A DNA stretch of 64,000 bases from Eledone cirrhosa. Its lineage: Eukaryota. The notes beneath the pieces were generated by a model, which searched no databases, was not told where the DNA came from, and worked only from the letters and a program-made list of their open reading frames with translations. Positions 50,456 through 64,000 of the stretch are shown here, one piece after another. The position numbers were made by a program, and so were the translations under genes. Within the stretch, counting starts at the first letter, position 1. Each line of letters opens with the position of its first letter. Location of the stretch: contig OZ024742.1 of NCBI GenBank assembly GCA_964016885.1, positions 362,204,001 to 362,268,000 of the forward strand, read 5' to 3'.

Positions 50456-50644
50456 TATATATATATGTGTGTGTGTATGTGTGTGTGTGTGTGTGTGGTG
50501 TTATAAATCGAAGTTGTATCCACAGTAGAGCAGATACAAATCGAATTATTTGAGGAGGTCATAAAGCACTCCATGGTGCGATAAGTTAAAACATTTTGTA
50601 TATGTATATATACATACACACACACACATATATATATATATGGA

Positions 50645-51069
50645 TGTATGTATAGTATATTTGGCAATATACCATATGTTTAATTAAAAACATTTAGAAG
50701 ACCATACGCTATCAGTTTTAAAGTAGTGACTATGTCACTTACTACTTTTCGACGAAAGATGGGAGAGAAGCTGACAGTCTGATCACGCTGGTTGGCGTTC
50801 ATCAGAGCCACGCACTCCCCTGCTTTCACCGAAAATTGTAGAATCTGGGTTCTTATAGAATTCCAGTAATAATCAGGAGCTGATTATACAGAACGATTGC
50901 CGGTTCAGCAAATATTAGGTATTAGGATTGGTGCTCTGAAATAGCGATGTAAGTCACTACATTAAAACTGATAGCGTATGGTCTTCTAAATGTTTTTAAT
51001 TAAAAATAGGGCATATTGCCAAATATACTATATATACATTCATGCTATTTCAGATTCAGAGCACCAATC

Positions 51070-51075
<6 letters not shown>
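50645..51075. mobile_element. Fold-back element with nested inverted segments in (TA)n
   Basis: About 50655-50728 is inverted at 50953-51030, and 50921-50945 is inverted at 51045-51074. No clean HHR core seen. Confidence 0.55.
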
Positions 51076-51120
<45 letters not shown>

Positions 51121-51122
<2 letters not shown>

Positions 51123-51435
51123 AGTATATGTTGGTTGTATACCAACACCTCAGTATGCAGAATGGAGCACTCGACGAAGTGCGCAGGTTGGTTTGGTTAC
51201 TCCGGAGTAATGTAAAATAAAATAAAATAAAAGTCAAATGTTTAAAATTTGGCTTCGTTTATTACTGCTATATATATTTCGGTGACAGCCATCTTTGGCT
51301 GTAACCTCTTCAGGCAGTCCGAATTAGTGTGGTAGAGACGAGTACACATGTTGTTGAGGTGTTTAACTTTGTCAATACTCTGATATGCCCAGTTCCAGGT
51401 TGGGTTGTTGTTTCACTGAGGAACTGGAATCATAC
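51121..51435 (-). mobile_element. HHR family H1 copy
   Basis: HHR 51264-51318(-): ACTGC CTGAAGA GGTtACAGCC aaagat GGCTGTcACC GAAA TATATA TA GCAGT. Confidence 0.75.
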
Positions 51436-51444
51436 AGTGTCGCC

Positions 51445-53838
51445 CTGGCAACATCTTAATGATGGGGGACTTCATCCTCCCATGTGTTGACTGGTTCACA
51501 AACAGCTTGATACCAGGGTTTTCCATTTCAACTCCTGATAGGGAGGCAGTAGAATCGCTTCTTGACTTCATAGATGAGTTTTTCCTGTCCCAACTTGTGT
51601 TCGAACCAACAATGTGCCACAAACACTTCTTGGACTTAATGCTCAGTAACCGCACTGACACTATCCACAACATTGCAGTGGTTCTCTGTGATGGTGAGAT
51701 GATGACATGGTTCTCTGTGATCTGAGATTCCACCACCCAAAAAGCAAACCCAGTGACATCTCTCCAGTTCATCCATTTGACACCATGGATCTTCATAATG
51801 CAAACTGGAAAGCAATCAATCATGACCTTTCACATGTCGATTGGTCTTTCACGCACCCTCACACACTCACTAACATTTGTAGACACTGTAACAAATATAT
51901 GTACAAAGCATACCCCATTAAGATCTGTAAATAAATCTAAGTGCAGAATCCCTAGAAATAGAAGAACACTTATCAGAAAAATTAAAAGAATTAACAAAGA
52001 AATCAACAAACTTAAATACTGCCAGCAGCAAACACCCATTTCACTACCATTACATCACTAGAATCGAAGAAACAAAACCTTGCGAAAAAACAAAGTCACT
52101 GGCTCCACTGTTGGCTCTCTAATTGCTGAAAATGGCACTCTCCAAGATAAAGCTAAAACCATGGGGGAGATACTGCAGAAACAATACTGTTCTGTTTTCA
52201 GCAATCCCCATATGGCTGATCTGGGCCGTACCAGTGATGTTAATCCCCAACACACTATATCAGACATAACGTTTGGCGCCCTGATGTCTTAGCGGCAATA
52301 AAAGAAACTAAACACAATTCAGCAGTAGGCCCCGATGGGTTCCCTGCTTGTGCCCTGAAGGCGTATCGACACCAACTAGCATCTCCTCTTGCTAATCTGT
52401 GGAGGAACTCACTGGATGCTGGATATATACCAGAAAACTTATTATCCCAGTCTGTTGTCCCAGTTTTCAAAAAGGGAAACAAATTCATTGCCGTGAATTA
52501 CCATCCGATCTCACTCACCTCATATCATCAAGGTATTTGAGAGGGTGGTGAGATCACGAATAACTCACTTTCTTGAAAGCAACAGACTGCTGAACTCCAA
52601 GCAACATGGGTTCCGTAATGGAAGGAACTGTCTAACGCAGCTACTGCATCATTTTGATAACATTTTGAGAGATTTGGGAGAGGGCTCCAACAGTGATGTC
52701 ATCTACCTTGGTTTTAGCAAGGCCTTTGACAGGGTTGATCACAACATTCTACTGAGAAAACTATCCAACATTGATGTCACTGGAAAGTTGCTGCAGTGGA
52801 TCAAATGTTTCCTGTCAAACCGAACCCAACATGTTGTAGTTGAAGGAGTAAAAACCCAGCCAAAGTCAGTAGTGGTGTCCCACAAGGCACTGCGTTGGGC
52901 CCACTTCTTTTCATTATCTATATTAATGCCATTACTAACATCATCAAGCACAGCAGCATAAGAATCTTTGCAGATGATTCAAAGCTCTAAAGGGTCATCA
53001 ATGGCGTGGGTGACCGGACATGATCTCAGTCAGATCTATTGGCTGTTAGCCAATGGGCGGAAAGGAACAATATGCTGCAGACGAGGATAAATTTGAGTTA
53101 ATCCACTTTGGAAAAGAGGATACCCTGAAACTTCCATAATCCCTTCCTTCAGGTAAAACTCTCGTTGTATCTGACAACAGTAGAGAGTAATTGTGGACAA
53201 CAACATAAGCTGGGCCACTCATATAAACAGCGAAATTTACATGGCCCGTAGAATGTGTTCCTGGATTCTCAGAACCTTCCAGTTGAGAGATATCCACACT
53301 ATTATCCTTCTCTTCTCCACTTTTGCTCGACCATACCCTATACTGTTGTCCACTGTGGTCTCCCCACACGAAACAAAGTATCATGAAAATTAAAGCTCCT
53401 CAGAGGTCAATCACGAAAAAGATAGATGTCATGTCATGTCTCGTCTATTGGGGTCGACTAGAAAAACTCAAACTTTATTCTCTCCAACGCCGCCGTGAGC
53501 GCTACTTTATCTGCATGATGTGGAAAATATTCCATCAGCTTTGCCCAAATGATGCTGGAATCACCTTTAAGGTACACCCAAGGCTTGGCCCCGCTCTCTT
53601 TAACATTACACCAAAACACATTAAAACAGAAACAAACCCCATGAAGTTCAAGAAGTCTTTTGAAAAATTCCTTCAAGAAATCACGGATAAACCTCCTACG
53701 CCCGGATATGTCGCCGCAAACAATAACCCCCTTATTGAGTGGGCTATGATGCCTAAATCCTGATTTGAAAGACTTCGCCAGGTTGTGCTATTAAGTTAGA
53801 CATGGCCTGAGCCAATACTGGCCAAATCCTATCAAAGT
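51445..53838 (+). mobile_element. Degenerate CR1-group LINE (partial APE + RT)
   Basis: MGDFILP..DW, QLVFEPT...LDL, GPDG, QHGFRNGRNCLTQLL, FSKAFDRVDH, SGVPQG, FADD, LKLYSLQRRRERY. Many frameshifts. Confidence 0.85.
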
Positions 53839-53917
53839 TATATATATATATAGCAAATGACACAGTACAATGAAGAAATATACTATTAGTTTCACGCTTG
53901 ATATAGTAGGAAAAGAA

Positions 53918-53955
53918 TATTTACGTTTCAGAAATTAGTCCTTCATCAGAAAATA
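53918..53955 (-). ncRNA. Minimal type I hammerhead motif
   Basis: TATTtt CTGATGA A GGA ctaatt TCT GAAA CG TA AATA, in a short element between (TA)n and (CA)n. Confidence 0.6.
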
Positions 53956-54008
53956 GATTGAGAAATTAAAGAAGAAATAGAAAGATTGAGGAGAGTGGGC
54001 AGCGGCAG

Positions 54009-54172
<164 letters not shown>

Positions 54173-55634
54173 GTGCGTGTGCGTGTTTGTGTGTGTGTGT
54201 GTGTAGTCATTTACATTTTTCAATAATTACAAAGTATGCCATCAAATCCACTTACCTTCACAAAATACTTGTAGTAACTCAATCTATTATTTCATTCATA
54301 GATTTTTAAATATTTGTAGCACAGTTGTTAATTGAAAGACTTCATGTTTATTTTCAAGGATTGTTCTAATCAACTGTGTAGATATTCATCATATTATTGG
54401 ATCATTTAAGTTGAACCATTCATAACTATAGTTTGATGAATGGTTTTGTAGGATTAAGTAATATCATTATCTTTTTTTTACTTTTGAGCTGATATTTTGA
54501 ACTTAACTTATGAGAGTTTCTTCACAAAGATTACGAGGGAAGGATGATAAAATAAATATAAACACTCGAAAATAAACGGTTTTGAATTGTAGAAGCAGGT
54601 GTGGTTTCAGGTGGCTTATGAACCTAGTTAAATATAATAAATACTCGGATAACAATAACGCGTAGTAATATTTTATAAAACGTTAATACATTACAAAGTC
54701 TTCAAACTTAAACGAGATTTCATATTGTGTGTTGAGAAATACGTTAATAACATCTAATATAAAAGAAACTTTGTAACATTTTCTTTGTGCTATAAAATAT
54801 ATGAAAACGAAAACTAACATAAAAAGCATTTTTTTTTAAATCTTAACATTTTGAAGAAACTATCAGAGGAAAAATATTGCTAAAGTTATGGTGCTTAAAT
54901 GCTGTTTGAAATTACATTTAGCTTATAGCAAAGTACAAATATATAAGCATTTTATAAAATGTCAAAATTTTCCTTAGATTATTTGCAATAAATAGAGAAA
55001 AGCAAATTGTCAAACAACGCCATTTTGAATGGCAGTGTGAATTTGAATCCCGAAGAAAAATTTACAGGCAACATAATGACATTTTGAAAATCGAAATATT
55101 GCTTGTAAGTTTGTTATGAGAACTAAGCCACTTTCTAATCAAATATATTTCTCTTAAGAAAACAAATAAAGATTAACCACATAAAAACACAAATAACAAC
55201 AATACATATATTCAAGAAAAAACAAACAATCTCCAAATAAAAAGGAAAACACATACAATATATTACACGTAACTAAGAAAATAAATACATAAGACTACCA
55301 TGAGAGAGATGACAATTATATAGCTATCTTAATAAAACTGTAGACATCTGCTGAAGACATTTTAATTTTATGACAGAGCCTTTATTTGAAAACATTTCTA
55401 AAGCAAACTCTCAGATTTATAAAAATATTATATAGGAAAAACATTTATAATCCGGAAGCAGATGTTAAATGCATTCCGTATAATGTTTAATGTAAATTCA
55501 CTAAAGGATATTCCATATGCATTTTGCTTTTACCCCTATTTGAACGAATGCCACATGTCATCAGCAAACAGCGGAGTCTTTTCAATTATATCGACTTCAG
55601 TTGCATTCAAATATGTATCCTCTTAGAATTGTTA

Positions 55635-55801
<167 letters not shown>

Positions 55802-55995
55802 AGAGGGTGTTAAAGTTTGCTTGAAGCATTGTGAAATGTGTAAAAATACGTATTTAAGAAAGCCACAACAATGCAAAGGGAAATCTCGAGGTAGGAAGTG
55901 AAATATAGATAGGAAAAACAGGTGAAAGTGAAAATTGAGAGAGACAAAGATGAAAACAAAACAAAGGTAGAAGGGTTACCGTAGTAGAGATTTAA

Positions 55996-56031
55996 TCCCA
56001 ATATTTCGGGCTCACGCCCATCAACGGGGGA
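55996..56031 (-). ncRNA. Degenerate hammerhead motif
   Basis: TCCC CCGTTGA T GGGC gtga GCCC GAAA TA TT GGGA. Stems intact, two core substitutions. Confidence 0.5.
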
Positions 56032-56310
56032 AAAGTTCCAAAAGGGGGGGAAACAGGCCAAGCGGAATATATATATATATAATATAAGATCAAAAGATGG
56101 TTAAAGGAGCTCCATGTATTTCATTATGCGCATTTCAAAAACAAACATCATCATGCAATAACATTTGTGTCCCCATCAGATAAAACAGGAGAACATGATA
56201 TGAAGGCTAAAAAACACTTGTGGATAGTGCAGTTTTAAATCAACATATCCGATAAATCAACTTATCCGATATCTGCATTGCTTTATTGTACTACAATAAA
56301 ACTCACCTCC

Positions 56311-56352
<42 letters not shown>

Positions 56353-56864
56353 ATAATGTTGAAATTATAAAAGTGTAACAAATAATATCAGTATATTGTG
56401 CAATGTTGATAGCAATTGTGAATATCGGCGACGGCGCGGACGACGATGGTGATGACGTTGTTGATGATGATGAGGATGATGATGATAGTAATGCTGCTGC
56501 TGATAATGGCAATGACGACGATAGTAATGACAGTAACTAATGTTAATTTTGCTGATAATAATGGTGGCGGTGGTAATGATCTTGATGATGATGATGGTGA
56601 TGATGATGATGATGACGGTGATAATGATGATGACGATGATGATGATGTTGAGGATAGTGGCATAAGTCTTTTAAAGTGAATAAAATAACGTATTACGCTA
56701 TATTTGTATTCAGACATGTATACATATATACATATATATATACATACATATAGACATACATATATACATACATATATGATGGCTGCCCCCTCGTTATCGA
56801 GTATGGCCATTGCACGAGGAGAAAAAAAAATTAATAAATAAATAAAAAATAAAATAAAAAAAAA

Positions 56865-56936
<72 letters not shown>

Positions 56937-56938
<2 letters not shown>

Positions 56939-57150
56939 AAGGCGGGTAAAATTCCTGAGATCCATGGACGAGTTCTCTCCAGCGGTCTCTGTCCCTCATT
57001 ATCGCTGCCATATCCTGCATCTCCAACAGACCAGTGTCTGTCCTTAGGGCATCAACATATGTTAACCTTGGTCTTCCTCTTCTAGTGTGTCCATGTAGGG
57101 GCTCCCAAAGGAGCACTGAGTGCAATGTCAACTCTGGATGTCGGTGAGCC
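56937..57150 (-). mobile_element. RTE-clade LINE 3' fragment
   Basis: VLLWEPLHGHTRRGRPRLTYVDALRTDTG...MRDRDRWRELV. Confidence 0.75.
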
Positions 57151-57435
57151 AACATACATACACATATACACACACATATATACACACACACATACATTAA
57201 TAACAATAATAATAATAATAATAACAACAATAATAATAACGATTTCACTTATTAGCCACCAGGGCCGACATGTAGGGGACAATACAAAGACAGGGACAGT
57301 GTGGGTTTACAATAAGGTGGAGTAAAAGTGCACAATGGCAAGACTAATTTAACGATGAAAATATAAACGACAACAACAATAATAATATACATATACATAT
57401 ATATATATACACACACGCACACACATAAACATACC

Positions 57436-57516
<81 letters not shown>

Positions 57517-57734
57517 TAGCAACTAACAGCGCTGCGATCGAATGTGGCTTTTTAGCCCAGCCAATGATCTAAAATGTCTTGCACAGAGTCGGCAACCAAA
57601 ACATTTACTGGGAATAGTCGGCTGTGTTTGGAGTTCGTGTACTTTTGCATGTCGCTTGAGCCCTCCTGCTGATTTACATTCTCAACTACATGTTTGGTAA
57701 GCATGATGAGTAGCATCTCCAACAGCAGCCTGGT

Positions 57735-60250
57735 AGTCAACCACTGGTCTTACTTTATGACTGCGAAGATGACTTTCGAGTCCAGCTTTGCTTAAGCAGT
57801 CTCGCACAGACGGTGCATGTCAGCACCATAGGAGGACCCTCGCCGTCTGGAAGTGCAACAGCAATGCCCTTCCTCACATCCTGCTTTACTTTCTCGTATG
57901 CGATTCGAGATGCCTCAAAGGCAACTTTTCCCTCATATACAGTCTTTCTCCATTTATTACGATCAGCAGCAATATTTTCCCATGTATCAGCAGAGATGTT
58001 AGCGTCTTTCAGAGAGGTTTTCAAGGAATCCTTATACCTCTCTTTTGGTTTATGTGGCGGTCTTTTTCCTTTAACCAACTCTCCATAAAAGAGTTGTTTT
58101 GGTATTCTAGAATCCTTCATCCTGGCAAGGTGACCACTCCAACGGAGTCGTTGCTTAAGCACAAGAGCTTCTATACTGTCACACATAGTGCTTTCCAAAA
58201 TCTCAACATCACTGATATGGTCCCTCCAGTGAACGCTATGGATCCGTCTGAGACACATCTGATGGAAACGCTCCAATTGCTTAAGGTGGTGTCGATATGT
58301 GACCCAGGTCTCGCAGGCATAAAGAAGACAAGAGACCACACATACCCTGTACACCTTTACCTTTGTCCTCCTGCATATGTCTCGCTGACCCCAGAGTCGC
58401 CTTTCTAGCTTTCCGAAAGCATCACTTGCTTTCCTAATCCTAAGTGAGATTTCACCGTCAAGGTTGCTGTATCGATTGACAGTGCTTCCCAGGTAGACAA
58501 ACTGATCAACCACTCCAAGTCGTTTGCCATACACATAGATGTTTGGTTCAGTGTACTGCTTACCAGAGGCAGGTTGGTACACGATGACGGTTTTCTTGAG
58601 ACTGACAGTCAATCCTAGGGCAGTGCAAGCGTCAGAAACTGCATTCAAAATGTGCTGCATATCACTCACTGTGTGCGCTACAAGATCGCAATCATCTGCA
58701 TACAAGAGGTCTCTTATGATTGATGCAAATACATTTGTCTTTGCAGCAAAGCGCCTGATGTTAAATATGCTGCCTGAGGTTCGATATCGGATGTAAACAC
58801 CATGCTCGCAATTCCTGAATGCAATACAGAAAACCATTGCAAAGTATATGGCAAACAGGGTCGGAGCTGGAATATCCTCCTGTTCACATTTTTATCCTTA
58901 AGACGAGCAGCATTCAATCTTTTGGGCAGGGCAACACCAGGAGCCCGGATTTTACGTTTAGTGATTAGTTTCACTTTTGCGCGTACCAGGCGGTGGTCCG
59001 TCCAGCACTCAGCTCCACGAAGAGCACGAACATACTGCACATCCTGTCTGTCACGCATCCTGACTAGGACGTAGTCCAAAATATGCCATTCCTTAGATGC
59101 AGGATGCATCCATGTGGTCTTGAATTTGTTCTTTTGTTGGAACATGGTGTTGGTAACACACAGATCCAGCTCCTCACACATCTGCAGCAGGAGCATACCA
59201 TTGTTGTTACACTTTCCCACCCTATGCATTCCGATTACATTCCATGTGTTAAAATCCCTACCCACTCTAGCATTAAAGTCACCAAGCACGATGACTTTAT
59301 CTGCCTGAGGGATATTTCTTAAAACACCTTTCAAGGCATGGTAAAAGGACACTTTTTCTTCATCGACAGAATTCATAGTTGGAGCATACACACCCACCAG
59401 GGTCGCATATCTTCCTTTGTCCAGCGGAATTCTCATGGACATAAGACGCTCACTAATCCCTACTGGGAATTCTTCTAATTTATTCACAAGAACAGTCTTA
59501 ACAGCAAATCCTACCCCAGCCTCTCTTCTGGTTCCTTTCATCTCTTCCTTTCCAGAAGAATGTATATTCTCCACAAAATTCTGTAAGATGACCATCTCCA
59601 GCTAACCTCGTCACAGATAAGGCCACGATGTCAAGATCGTAACGTCGAAGCTCTTTTGCAACAAGAGCGGTCCTTCGTTCAGGACGCTCCAAGGAATCCC
59701 TGTCAAGCAGCGTCCGTACGTTCCAGCAGCCAAGACTAAATGCCTTGTTTGGCTCTATTACAATGGCACAATGACGAGCGGGCCCAGGCTGTGATAACCT
59801 GGGGCCCCTGCCCTTATTGCCAATTATCTTTTTTGTTCCAGAACCTAAATTGCCAATTATCTCTTTTATATTGTTCTGGAACATCATTGAATTGGAAATA
59901 ATAAAAAAAAAAAGTAATAATAATAGTAATAATAATAATAATAATAGTACACTATTAATAATTATTAATGCACTCGTGCAATGCCTGTGCGTGACGAATA
60001 TTTTTAAAGTGAGGAAAGACTGTGCACTGAGCCAATTCTACTCTCTGAGCGACAGTAGCTATAACCCGAAAAGAAGAAAAGATCAACATCATCGGTAACT
60101 ACTGAGCCGCAGGTTTTATGTCGGAGTTAACCCAGTTTCCTGAGATGCCTTCTCCTAGAAGAATGCCCTGACAAGGGCTAGGGGTTCTTCACTCTCAGTG
60201 GTTTAACTGCGCGATCGGGCATCCAGCCCGATTATTTCTGTCCCTGCGCA
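57735..60250 (-). mobile_element. RTE-BovB-like LINE with internal deletion of the RT N-terminal half
   Basis: APE: CWNVRTL..RPERRTALVAKEL, YAPT, GDFNARVG, TWMHP.SK.WH.LDY, TDHRLV. Joined near 58880 to the RT C-half LLYADD...YLGS...LRWSGHLARM. AT-rich insertion at about 59810-59970 in the 5' UTR. Confidence 0.85.
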
Positions 60251-60394
60251 AAAAAAAAAAAAAAAATCACTTATTGACACTTATACGTACGACATACACA
60301 CACGCGCATACATATGCGCGCACACACACGCATACATACGCGCGCACACAGCAACACTCATACATACAAACAAACACACACACGCTACTCACTT

Positions 60395-60426
<32 letters not shown>

Positions 60427-60539
60427 TACCGTCATTACTGATACAAGATTACAAGATTATGTCAACTCTTGACTTTCAAGAGTTCGCATAGTTGAAGCCG
60501 ATCGTATTACAGTCCAGTATTATTATAATTGCTTTACAG

Positions 60540-60680
60540 CATAGAGTTATGGCTCTCCACGCTCTGAGCTTAAATCCCGCCTAGGTCAACCTTGCCTTTC
60601 ATCCCCACGGAGTCAACAAAAGAGAGTACCAGTGATGCGCTGAGCCAGTCGCTGGATCCGTGCCAAAAGCAGAAAAAATA
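60540..60680 (+). mobile_element. Degenerate tRNA-SINE (Nin/Deu-like)
   Basis: ctgagcttaaatcccgcctaggtcaaccttgcctttcatcccc...gtaccag. Confidence 0.65.
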
Positions 60681-60956
60681 TTATTAAAGTTGTTTTCTTA
60701 AGGCCCGGTCGCTGGTGATGGTGATGGCGGCGGTGATGGCGGCGGTGGTGGCGGTGGTGGTGGTGGTGGTGGTGGCAGTTGATGTTGTTGTTGTGTTGTG
60801 TGCGTGTGTGTGTGTTTTGTTATTTTGAGTTTTTTTTATTGTTTGTGTTTTTTTTTTTTTAATAGTCTTTTGATGCCGCTGTTGTTGTTGTAAATGTTCA
60901 TTTCAATTCATTCTGAAGCTGTTGTATATACATACATACATATATACATACATATA

Positions 60957-60988
<32 letters not shown>

Positions 60989-61171
60989 CATATATACATA
61001 CATATATACATATATATATATATACATACATATATACATACATTCATACATACATATTTACATACATATATACAAACATATATATATATATATACATACA
61101 TATATACATACATATATACATATATACATATATACATATATACATATATACATACATATATATATATACAT

Positions 61172-61735
61172 ATGTTGGCTGCCAACTCGTTTTCGAGTAC
61201 GGCCACTACTTTATATCCATGTAGGAGAACCTCTACCGATGCGCTGAACGAGTGTGACTTTTTAGTCCAGCCAGCGACTTGAAAACTCTGTGTACAAACA
61301 CTGCACTTGTGACAATTATTGACACAGTGCCTGGACCATGGTACCATGTGACGACAAGTGCAGAGAGATCTTGAGATATAAAGCAATGCCTGTGCCGTGA
61401 AGCTTTTATAGTGAGCAAAGGCACTGCACAAAGCCAGTCCCACTCTCTTAACCAAGATGATATTTACCAAAAAGAAGAACAAGTCAACATCATTGGATAC
61501 CATCAGGGTTGCAGGTGTTATATCAGAGTTTTCCTTCCCCTAGACAAAGGCTAAGGGGTCATCTCTCCCGGTGATTTTGGATGGCCATTGACTCTTATGA
61601 GCTCCTTTGCCCTTTGACAGGTTTTGTTTTTAGTCCTGCAGGATGTTCAAAGTCACCCTCCTCACCAAGAAACCTTGGTGGGGTTGCCAGTTTAGTCGCC
61701 AACGACTCGACCATGAGACAGGTTGTACTGGGATA
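61172..61735 (-). mobile_element. Non-autonomous RTE-derived element, copy 2 (more complete 5' end)
   Basis: Collinear with 15848-16366, with about 35 nt extra at the minus-strand 5' end. Confidence 0.6.
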
Positions 61736-61987
61736 CATGTTACATACATATATACATACATATATACATACATATATACATACATATATATTTACACATC
61801 AACTATATATATCTAAAGTTAGGTTGTGACTATGTCCCCCATTTCTCTCCAACCCTTTTATGTAAAGATCTTTTGTTGTCCTCATTAATCTTTTGCTCAT
61901 TTATCTTATATTTTCTCTCTGTTGCTATCGATGTCTTCTTCATATCTGCCTCTGCCCTCTTCACACCGCCCCCTCTCTCTCTCCATA

Positions 61988-62018
<31 letters not shown>

Positions 62019-62052
62019 CTCTATCTCTCTATCTCTCTATCCCTCTCTCTCC

Positions 62053-62125
<73 letters not shown>

Positions 62126-62369
62126 TCTATCTCTCTCTCCCCTTCCTCTCTCTATCTCGATATCTCTCTATCCCTCTCTCCTCCTCTCTCTCTATCTCCA
62201 TATCTCTCTATCCCTCTCACCCCTCTCTCTCTATCTCTCTATCTCTCTATCTATTTATCTTTCCTTTTGAAACATTTTCTTCAGTTATCATTGAAACAAT
62301 TGTACATCAAAACTTAATTCATTCAAAAGAAAAGAAAAGACCAGATATATAACCAATGGGTCGGATGGT

Positions 62370-63400
62370 GCTGATGTGGCGTGGTGATGTGGAGGTGTTG
62401 GTGTAGTGGTGGTGTGGTGGTGGTGTCCTGGTGTGCTGATGTGGGTGTGTTGGTGTCGTGGTGCAGTGGGGTGGGGGTGTTGGTGTAGTGGTGGTGTGGT
62501 GATGTGGTGGTGTCCTGGTGTGCTGATGTGAGTGTGTTGGTGTCGTGGTGTAGTGGGGTGGTGATGTGGGGGTGTTGGTGTCGTGGTGTGTAGATGTGGA
62601 GGTGTTGGTGTAGTGGTGGTGTGGTGGTGTGGTGGTGTCCTGGTGTGCTGACGTGGGTGTGTTGGTGTCGTGGTGTTGAGGGGTGGTATGTGGGGGTGTT
62701 GGTGTCGTGGTGTGTAGATGTGGAGGTGTTGGTGTAGTGGTGGTGTGGTGGTGTGGTGGTGTCCTGGTGTGCTGACGTGGGTGTGTTGGTGTCGTGGTGT
62801 TGAGGGGTGGTATGTGGGGGTGTTGGTGTCGTGGTGTGTTGATGTGGGTGTGTTGGTGTGGTGGTGGTGTCCTGGTGTGCTGATGTGGGTGTGTTGGTGT
62901 CGTGGTGTAGTGGGGTGGTGATGTGGGGATGTTGGTGTCGTGGTGTGGTGATGTGGGGGTGTTGGTGGAGTGGTGGTGTGGTGGTGGTGTCCTGGTGTGC
63001 TGATGTGGGGGTGTTGGTGGAGGTGTTGGTGTAGTGGTGGTGTGGTGGTGTGGTGGTGTCCTGGTGTGCTGACGTGGATGTGTTGGTGCCGTGGTGCAGT
63101 GGGCTGGTGATGTGGGGGTGTTGGTGTGGTGGTGGTGTGGTGGTGGTGTCCTGGTGTGCTGACGTGGGTGTGTTGGTGTCGTGGTGTAGTGGGGTGGTTA
63201 CGTGGGGGTGTTGGTGTAGTGGTGGTATGCTGTGTGTTGGTATGATAATGGTATTGAGGTGATGGTGTAGTGGTGGTATTAATGCGGTGGCGTGGTGGTG
63301 TGGTGGTGTGGTGGTGTGGTGTGTAGGAGCGTTGAGGTACTAATAGTATGCCGTGTTGGTAAGATGGTGGTATTGAGGTGATGGTGTGGTGGTGTGGTCG
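62370..63400. repeat. GGT/GTG-rich composite minisatellite
   Basis: Recurring modules gtcctggtgtgctga(c/t)gtggg, gtgttggtgtcgtggtg and gtagtggtggtgtggtgg. Confidence 0.9.
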
Positions 63401-64000
63401 TAGGTAATGGTATATTATGGGTTGTTTTATTTTCTAGGTTATTTGCAAGTCCGCTAAAACTGATGAGCTGTTGTCCGTTTTCTATTGTTGCAAAACCATC
63501 CGGCGATGGGCTTAGAAAATATGTAACCTTCGGAATTGAATTGCTAATCCCTCTCGAAGGTGAACCTTGTACCTCAATACACAGCTCAGTGATCAATGCA
63601 CGGATTGAAGTCCTCATGCCATACTCCACTCTGGCTGTCCGTATAATGTCGGCTTAGATCTATATTTGGTAACAACCAGAAGCCAGGAAAACCCATGTCT
63701 GAGGTGTAGGGAAACTAGTGGGTGAATGAATTGATTTTCTTTGCCAAGATATCTTGGAACAGCTGCATCGAACGACCCGGCACCTTGTCCTTATGTAGCT
63801 GCCAGTGTTGTGAGCCTTGAAGATTTGGTATCTTGTGCTGAACTGAGTCACGAGGATATCGGAGGACTTCCTAGTTTTAGGCCTTTGTAACTGCTTTCTG
63901 TTTAGTTTGAACTCATGAAATGCAACGCCTCGGAAGAAATCGATCAACATCAAATGAGTTTTTGGAAATCGATCAACATCTGATGAGTTTTTGGAGCTTT

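Overview
Eukaryotic, repeat-dominated DNA with no recognisable host gene. The AT-rich background, dense (TA)n/(CA)n/(GA)n tracts and Nin/Deu-domain tRNA-SINEs suggest an octopus/coleoid cephalopod (inference). Main content: an apparently intact R4/Dong-type non-LTR ORF on the minus strand (2778 to the left edge), two head-to-tail full-length Tx1/L1-clade LINEs bounded by (TTA)n tracts (3.9-15.6 kb), an internally deleted Helitron, a 5'-truncated Naiad-type Penelope-like element (RT + GIY-YIG), degenerate CR1 and RTE LINEs, SINEs and minisatellites. The most striking hidden layer is about 25 type I hammerhead ribozyme (HHR) motifs, read by eye, in at least 8 families of small non-coding elements sitting in (TA)n tracts. 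They occur as tandem 429-464 nt retrozyme-like units, an LTR-like 593 nt unit and fold-back inverted repeats. Several families, including the coding Naiad, carry a compensatory U3-A8 core instead of C3-G8. Folds and family assignments are manual and need covariance-model, database and cleavage checks. Element boundaries are approximate.
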